Below, piece by piece: positions 58,189 through 64,000 of a stretch of DNA of 64,000 nt (its first letter is position 1; every line of letters starts with the position of its first letter). The stretch covers positions 13,215 to 77,214 of the forward strand of contig JBAYHI010000003.1 of NCBI GenBank assembly GCA_041666205.1. Direction: 5' to 3'. The translations under genes and the position numbers were made by a program. The stretch is from Patescibacteria group bacterium. Lineage in GTDB: Bacteria; Patescibacteriota; Patescibacteriia; UBA9934. The notes beneath the pieces are model-generated. The model saw nothing but the letters and a program-made list of their open reading frames with translations. It was not told where the DNA came from and searched no databases.

Positions 58189-59256
58189 ATGCAGTCCTAC
58201 ATCCAGTGCGTGCCCGGGAACCACAACCGGTGCGAGGCGCAGGGGCACGGGAAGCGTCTTATCCGGGATGGAACGTGTTCGATTGGTCGGGCCTGGGCGT
58301 TGCGCGCCCTGCCCTGCGCCGGGTGTGAGATGCTGGTGCCCGCGCACCTCGGAAAGCGCGTGAATCCGGCGTTCGTGGTTGCGATCGCGGGGGTCGGGAA
58401 CATCAAGGTCGCGCCCGGAGCATTCATGCTCTACGCGGCCGTCACCGTCGACCCCGAGGCGCGCTTGTGCGACGAGTGCGCGGAAAAGCTCGCGAGCGCT
58501 GTGCAGAACGGCTCGGGGAAGCCCGGGTTCGTTCATCTCGGTTCGCAGGTCGTCCCGCTTCTCATGAGCCCCACGACTGCGCAGACCGAACTTGCGCGCT
58601 GTGAGGAGGCGCGGGCCCTGGAGCGCGCCGAGCGCGTCCAGAAGATCGTGGCGCTCGTCGAGCGAATTCGCGCGGGATCTCAGGTCGCATTCGCGCGCAA
58701 GATGCGCGAGGGCGGTGAGCTTTGGACCGAATGCACGACGCACCGCAACACGCCCGACGGCACGTGCTTTGACGATGAATCCGCTCACTACGGCTACGCC
58801 AACTGGCACGAGATGCCGTCGATTCGCGCCGACAACAAGGTCTTCGGATTCTGCCCGACTTGCGCCAAGGAAGCGAAGGGCGCCGGCGTGGAGTTCAACG
58901 GCATGATGGCCGCGCTCGTCGCGCAGGTGCAGAATTTGCCCTACACGAATCCGAGCGATCGGGGGCGGAGTGGCAACACTGCGCTTGGTCACATCACGAC
59001 CGTGGACGAAGCTTCGCGTGAGATTGGGGCGCGTCTCACGCTTGCTCAGAAGTCCGATGGTCAGCGGGACTGGGTCGCACGGAATTTCGAGTTCGGTGCG
59101 ACCGGGATGGGGCGGAAGCATCGCGTGACGCGCAAGCCCGTACAGCTCTCGCCCGAAGAAATCGAGCGTCGTCGGGCCGAGCGCGCGAAGCGCAAGGCCG
59201 ATGAGAAGAGACAGCAGAAGAAGGGGGGAGGCGGCAACAAGAAGAAGGGCCGCTAG
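58189..59256 (+). CDS. Orphan Cys/His-rich protein with basic C-terminal tail
   Basis: TTGACA-17-TAGTTT promoter (58096-58124), GGAGG SD, GC-rich codons, downstream hairpins plus U-tract. Confidence 0.75.
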   Translation: MQSYIQCVPGNHNRCEAQGHGKRLIRDGTCSIGRAWALRALPCAGCEMLVPAHLGKRVNPAFVVAIAGVGNIKVAPGAFMLYAAVTVDPEARLCDECAEKLASAVQNGSGKPGFVHLGSQVVPLLMSPTTAQTELARCEEARALERAERVQKIVALVERIRAGSQVAFARKMREGGELWTECTTHRNTPDGTCFDDESAHYGYANWHEMPSIRADNKVFGFCPTCAKEAKGAGVEFNGMMAALVAQVQNLPYTNPSDRGRSGNTALGHITTVDEASREIGARLTLAQKSDGQRDWVARNFEFGATGMGRKHRVTRKPVQLSPEEIERRRAERAKRKADEKRQQKKGGGGNKKKGR

Positions 59257-59374
59257 TCCCTCGTATCCCACCTCACGCGAGGTGGGCTCAAGTCCGCAGC
59301 AACGTCACCGGTGGTGGCCTTGTCTGCGGGCTTTTTGGTTTGTTGTGAACAGATCAAACGCGTATAATGCGAGT

Positions 59375-61189
59375 ATGCACGTACATATTTGGCGATGGTT
59401 TTTTTGGTCTGGCATCCTCTTTATTGTCTTGGGAGGCGTGTTTGCGATTGGTCTTACGCTTGGGCTTATTTGGAAAAATGAGTTTGAGCTTCCGGTGCGC
59501 GAAGTAGGACCCCTGTATTCCTCGGGATTGCAAACGAAAGATTTTTTTGATGGTGCGTATGCAGCTGCGGAGCCAGGTGATTCGGTTTCGGTTGTGAGCG
59601 CAGTATCAGCGCATCATCTTTTGGTTGCAAAAGAGATTGCTTCGCTTTTTGAAACGATTGGTTCGGGGAGTGTCAAAACCGTCATTGTGGTGAGCCCGAA
59701 TCATTTTGATGCTGGTGTTCACCCCGCGCAGGTTTCATTCGGAAATTGGGAAACGCCGTATGGCATGGTGGAATCTTCCACGAAAGCGCGTGTGCTTGCA
59801 AATCGTGGTGGGATCGTTTGGAATGAAGAAAAAGCATTTGAACAAGAGCATGGTATTGGAGCACTCACGCCATTTGTCGCGCATTCATTTCCAAACGCGA
59901 AAATCATTCCGCTCGTGATTGATGATTCGCTCACCGCGGATGAAGCAAAGGTTGTTGCGGGCGAACTCTACGACGTTGCGCCCGACGCCATTCTGATTGC
60001 GTCCTCTGACATGTCGCACTATTTGCCAAGTTTGGCGTCGGATTACCACGACGAGGTGACGGAGAATTGCTTGGCGCGTGGAATTGCGTGTTTAGAAAAT
60101 TTGAATTTGGAAGTGGATACAAATGCCGTGCTTCAGGTTTTGGGTGAGTGGAATCGTTTGCAGGGCACGCAAGTGTGGACGCAAACCTATCACGGCAATT
60201 CGCTTGCCATGGGCATTGGCGACGCAGCAGAAGAAAATACAAGCCATATTCTGGGGTACTTTACAAAAGGTGCGCCGGTGACGTCACCCTCGGCTTCCAT
60301 TCATTTCGTTGGTGACATTATGCTTGATCGTGGTGTGCGAAAAGCAATCGATGCAGCCGGTGGCGACCCGAATTTTCCCTGGCAGCACGTGATGCGCTTT
60401 TTGCAAGGATCAGATTTGCGCGTTGGCAACCTGGAAGGAACCGTGAACGAACAACAAAGCACCTATACCTACGATCCGCCATTTCGATTTGTCTTTTCGC
60501 CAAGCTATGTGGAAGCAATGAAACCATTCATCGACGTGGTATCGCTTGCCAATAATCACGTCTGGGATGTGGGCAGTGCTGGGGAAACTGAAACGCATAC
60601 CTGGCTGGATTCCATGGGCATTCCGTGGTTTGCTTCGTATAAATCGCCAGTGCCACGCTACGACCAAGATATTAACGGAATCCCGATTACGCTCATTGGC
60701 TATCATTCATTCCAGCCCGACGAGGATTTACTGCTGGAGACGATTGCAACCGCACAAAGTGATGGGCGATTTATCATCGTCATGCCACATTGGGGCGTTG
60801 AATATGAACATCAACCGCAAACCGCACAACGGGCACTGGCTCAGAAAATGATCAACGCTGGCGCTGACCTTATTATGGCCGGTCACGCACATGTGCCAGA
60901 GGGGATTGAAGTCATCGACGGCGTGCCAGTTCTTTACTCGCTTGGGAATTTCGTTTTTGATCAACAGATTCCGGAAACCTGGTCCGCACTCACGGCTGGA
61001 GTGATTATCACGGATGAAAAAATCGAAATTAACCTCCTGCCAGTGGACGTCAGTTTGAAAGCGCCAAAGCCGATGGAGGGCGATAAAGCCACCGCACTCC
61101 TCAAACACCTTGCGGAGTATTCCGACGACGTGCTAAAAGAACAAATAATTAATGGCAAACTAATTTTTGACCGATATGAAACAAACTAA
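59375..61189 (+). CDS. Memo/AmmeMemoRadiSam protein B fused to CapA (PGA_cap) metallophosphatase-like domain
   Basis: SAHH, SPNH, EHG, SSDMSHY; GDIMLDRGV, GNLEG, LANNH, PHWGVEY, GHAH, YSLGNFVFDQ. Confidence 0.85.
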   Translation: MHVHIWRWFFWSGILFIVLGGVFAIGLTLGLIWKNEFELPVREVGPLYSSGLQTKDFFDGAYAAAEPGDSVSVVSAVSAHHLLVAKEIASLFETIGSGSVKTVIVVSPNHFDAGVHPAQVSFGNWETPYGMVESSTKARVLANRGGIVWNEEKAFEQEHGIGALTPFVAHSFPNAKIIPLVIDDSLTADEAKVVAGELYDVAPDAILIASSDMSHYLPSLASDYHDEVTENCLARGIACLENLNLEVDTNAVLQVLGEWNRLQGTQVWTQTYHGNSLAMGIGDAAEENTSHILGYFTKGAPVTSPSASIHFVGDIMLDRGVRKAIDAAGGDPNFPWQHVMRFLQGSDLRVGNLEGTVNEQQSTYTYDPPFRFVFSPSYVEAMKPFIDVVSLANNHVWDVGSAGETETHTWLDSMGIPWFASYKSPVPRYDQDINGIPITLIGYHSFQPDEDLLLETIATAQSDGRFIIVMPHWGVEYEHQPQTAQRALAQKMINAGADLIMAGHAHVPEGIEVIDGVPVLYSLGNFVFDQQIPETWSALTAGVIITDEKIEINLLPVDVSLKAPKPMEGDKATALLKHLAEYSDDVLKEQIINGKLIFDRYETN

Positions 61190-62960
61190 GGTCGAGCCCG
61201 TCGACATGACGGAGCAAGTACCCGTGCCCGAAGTTACAGCTCCCAAATTCAATAAAACGCTTCTGATTGCAATTGCAGCCCCGGTGGTTGTCTTGCTCGT
61301 GATTGCGTCATTCATCAGTGGCTTGCTGGTTTCGCGACTGATTGCCAATGAGACAGAAGTTGAGGATGAGGTTATTGATGGCTCTGATGAAACTGATACG
61401 GAAGAAGTATTTTTAGATGTGGAGTTTTTACCGATTGCGGCTCAGGAAAAAGTTGAATTAAATCCAGGACTCGTTGCAACATTTTCAAAACCTGATTCCA
61501 CATTTTCAGTTGATGAGAGTTCTGCCTATCTTTTGGGAGTTGTTCAGGGTGGAACCTATGATGGGTATGAGCTCGTACAAAATATTTTTGGCTCTTTAGG
61601 AATGGGGTGGGCGTATGATTATTATTATGTTCTTGAAAACCCAAACGATCGCATAGATGCAGTGCTTCTTAGCCGTTATATGAGTTATATGGGAATGTGG
61701 GAATTCCCGGTGAGAGAGTCTGATACAACAAATGGGGATACGTTTAGTACAACAATTACAGATGGAGAGCTTGCTATTCCTGAATTTGAAATGTCGTCAA
61801 CAATTACAGATGTTAATGAAATTTTGTTTGATTATGCAGGATTGTTGAACCGAATTGATTTTGAAGGTGTAGATGCGAATAAAGCGCCAAAGATTGGAAG
61901 CTCATGGTCGCAACTTGCGGACGGAACCGTTGTGTATGAAATGGTCGAGGGGACTTCAACTGTGTATGAGGATAGTTTTTATACGATTCGACCCGACAAT
62001 CGGTACGCCATTTATGAAGTGAATGTCCCATTCTGGACGGCTGGTCCGGAAGGAGATTTGAATGTGCCAAATACACCAAATATCATTTGGGAGGATGGAT
62101 CGAGAAATACGGATGAATATCTCCGCGGAGATCAATCCAGATGTGGCATGAGCTCCATTACAAACGTGGCGTCAGATATCACAGATAGCGATTTGATTTT
62201 TGCTGGAACAATCGAAAGTGAACGCGTCTTTACACCAAAAACGCTAACAGCTGATCGTTATAAGAGTAGTATCGCATCGTATAATTCTTTTTCAGGTGAA
62301 GAAGAAGTTACGCTCGAAGAATTGCAAGAAATACATCCGTATTTTTACTGGCAGGATTCACTTGGTCGTTGGATTGAATTTACGAATGTGAATTTTCTTC
62401 CGGCTGCAGAATGTGGCAAGCCGGTTATTTACCTCTACCCAGAAGAAACCACGCAGGTGAATGTACAATTGGCGCCGGTGGGAGGATTTTCCTACACCGA
62501 GCCGGCATATGGTATGGGATGGAATGTGGTGGCAGAGCCAAATGGCGAGCTCACAAATCTATCCGATGGAAAAACATATCCATATCTTTTCTGGGAAGGT
62601 AAAGGTGGACTTTACCAGGCACCAGAGAAATATTGGGTGATTGCAAAAGCTGATGTAGAAGGATTTTTGACTTCAACGCTTGCGCAACTTGGGCTTAATG
62701 AAAAAGAAATTGCAGACTTCAATGAGTTCTGGCTTCCACGCATGCAAAATGCGCCGTACTACAAGATTGGATTCCATGGAACGAGTGTTATGAACGCTCT
62801 GGCGCCAATGCAAATAACGCCTGCGCCAGATTCAGTACTGCGAATCCTCATGGATTATCAAGAGCTCGATACGGCAATCCCATCGAACCCGCCAACGCTT
62901 CCAAAAACATTTGAGCGAACAGGATTTACGGTTGTGGAATGGGGAGGGGTGATTCAATAG
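61176..62960 (+). CDS. Membrane-anchored protein with C-terminal KPVIYLYP...EWGG domain
   Basis: One TM, acidic variable middle, KPVIYLYPEE, YPYLFWEG, GFTVVEWGG. Confidence 0.8.
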   Translation: MKQTKVEPVDMTEQVPVPEVTAPKFNKTLLIAIAAPVVVLLVIASFISGLLVSRLIANETEVEDEVIDGSDETDTEEVFLDVEFLPIAAQEKVELNPGLVATFSKPDSTFSVDESSAYLLGVVQGGTYDGYELVQNIFGSLGMGWAYDYYYVLENPNDRIDAVLLSRYMSYMGMWEFPVRESDTTNGDTFSTTITDGELAIPEFEMSSTITDVNEILFDYAGLLNRIDFEGVDANKAPKIGSSWSQLADGTVVYEMVEGTSTVYEDSFYTIRPDNRYAIYEVNVPFWTAGPEGDLNVPNTPNIIWEDGSRNTDEYLRGDQSRCGMSSITNVASDITDSDLIFAGTIESERVFTPKTLTADRYKSSIASYNSFSGEEEVTLEELQEIHPYFYWQDSLGRWIEFTNVNFLPAAECGKPVIYLYPEETTQVNVQLAPVGGFSYTEPAYGMGWNVVAEPNGELTNLSDGKTYPYLFWEGKGGLYQAPEKYWVIAKADVEGFLTSTLAQLGLNEKEIADFNEFWLPRMQNAPYYKIGFHGTSVMNALAPMQITPAPDSVLRILMDYQELDTAIPSNPPTLPKTFERTGFTVVEWGGVIQ

Positions 62961-62964
62961 CGCC

Positions 62965-63085
62965 GTAGGGGTCGGGTTCCCCGACCCGGCAACGGGCGAG
63001 GAAACCTCGCCCGTACGACGATTCGAATAGGGACGTTGCATCCTCCTTCGCTCTTCGAGCTTCGGCGGGACAAGTGCAACGTCCC
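62965..63085. repeat. REP doublet plus a REP interrupted by a second short element
   Basis: 62965-63016 matches 21877-21924; 63028-63085 is the 26051 REP with an insert at 63041-63074. Confidence 0.8.
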
Positions 63086-63151
63086 TTGTCGAATTCAAAT
63101 TTTTCGTGTATATTTCTTCGTTGCTTGTGTCTGGAGCAACAGGAGGTCGCG

Positions 63152-63349
63152 ATGACGGAAGTATGGCGGCGTGGTAAGAAGCCACGCTATGTGCGAAGCG
63201 GGGATCCGGATCCGATTCGCGAGTACCCCGTAGAGGAGCTCGACGAGTTCCTGATCGTCGGCGAGCGTCCGGATCGCACGCGTTCCCGCAAGGTGACGCA
63301 GGAACAACTTGATCGCGCGCATGCCGGCGTGGGCAAGGGGCCGCAATGA
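63152..63349 (+). CDS. Orphan small protein (65 aa)
   Basis: TTGTCG-17-TATATT promoter (63086-63114), AGGAGG SD. Confidence 0.65.
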   Translation: MTEVWRRGKKPRYVRSGDPDPIREYPVEELDEFLIVGERPDRTRSRKVTQEQLDRAHAGVGKGPQ

Positions 63350-63519
63350 AGAGGAAGAGCCGGCTAAAGGACACACCTCAGCCGCTGGTCATCACTCGTC
63401 CTCGACGCGGGACGAGACCACGCACGCCCACGTCCGAGGTCATCAATCGGCGCCACGAGGAGGGTGATCGTCCTCGTGTCCGCCCGGAGCTTCCACCGCC
63501 CAACAAGGGCGACAAGTGA
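63346..63519 (+). CDS. Small Arg/Pro-rich orphan protein (57 aa; below ORF-track cutoff)
   Basis: ATGA overlap with upstream stop; MKRKSRLKDTPQPLVITRPRRGTRPRTPTSEVINRRHEEGDRPRVRPELPPPNKGDK. Confidence 0.5.
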   Translation: MKRKSRLKDTPQPLVITRPRRGTRPRTPTSEVINRRHEEGDRPRVRPELPPPNKGDK

Positions 63520-63657
63520 GGCTCCTCGTCCCTGACGTCCGCTGGCAGCTGCCGGCGGCGTTTCTGTTTTTATCCACTAGTCGCAATGATGTTTCTTTGG
63601 TATCTTCCGTAGGACCATTGGACCCAGCCTCTCGCGAGAGGCGGGGTGGAGGTACTG

Positions 63658-63858
63658 ATGCGCCAGTCTCGAACATTTCGTACGCAGTTCGATGGCCGGG
63701 TTGATGATCCGAACCAGTGGAGAACACTCGCATCGAACGGGGAAGTCCTTCCTGCAGATCCAGCGCTCTTCAGTGACTTGCCTTCCGTCGAGGAACGAAC
63801 CGAAGAACGCGAGAAGATCTTCCCTCGCAGTCGTCCTGATTCCGTTCCAACGCCCTAG
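63658..63858 (+). CDS. Orphan small protein (66 aa)
   Basis: GGAGG SD before ATG 63658; hairpins downstream. Confidence 0.55.
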   Translation: MRQSRTFRTQFDGRVDDPNQWRTLASNGEVLPADPALFSDLPSVEERTEEREKIFPRSRPDSVPTP

Positions 63859-64000
63859 CTCGCTGCTACCTCTCCTTGCCCGTCGTGCTGGCGGGCATCT
63901 GCCTTTAGAGGATTGCTTTTTCGAAATTCGGTGCAGGATCCATGAACATATTTGCTTTTCCCGTGACGAGTGCCGGGTCGCCGGTTGTATAAAATGTGCG

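Noticed and set aside
58162-59271. 369-aa antisense ORF covering the Cys-rich orphan
   Set aside because: Expected shadow of a GC3-rich gene; promoter, SD and terminator all support the plus strand
15715-63085. Repeated palindromes as a possible CRISPR array
   Set aside because: Dispersed and variable, no regular repeat-spacer period, no cas genes
1-64000. Alternative genetic code (TGA=Gly as in Gracilibacteria/Absconditabacteria)
   Set aside because: Core genes are full length under code 11 and several end in TGA (pyrG, ftsE, holB)

Overview
Chromosomal window of a small-genome bacterium using translation table 11. The gene content suggests Patescibacteria/CPR (inference, not a database result): dimeric-type GlyRS, DUF4012, PEGA and S41 proteins, TrmB, a Memo-CapA fusion, many glycosyltransferases, and core genes mostly lacking SD motifs. 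The core carries rmlBCD, glycosyltransferases, mraY-ftsW-murG, murD-murE, ftsEX, mreB, pyrG, rplI, rpmA, rpmG, holB, frr, glyQS, tpiA, three tRNAs (Lys-TTT, Gly-CCC, Thr-CGT) and a 2010-aa repetitive surface protein. An accessory layer is interspersed: a RAYT-type HUH transposase with GTAG/GTAC REP hairpins across the window (two inside its own ORF), three further short-repeat families, a tRNA-adjacent GIY-YIG nuclease, and orphan genes that mostly have their own sigma70 promoter and SD. The strongest novelty candidate is a 3.9-kb island (46630-50594) bounded by a near-identical inverted REP pair. It holds four orphan ORFs and about 1.2 kb of densely structured minus-strand sequence without a convincing ORF, with GNRA loops, G-U pairs and an H-type pseudoknot, i.e. 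a candidate large ncRNA. Also notable are a membrane-less, DKTGT-less P-type ATPase derivative and an MreB with Gln at the catalytic Glu position. All RNA structure calls were made by eye.
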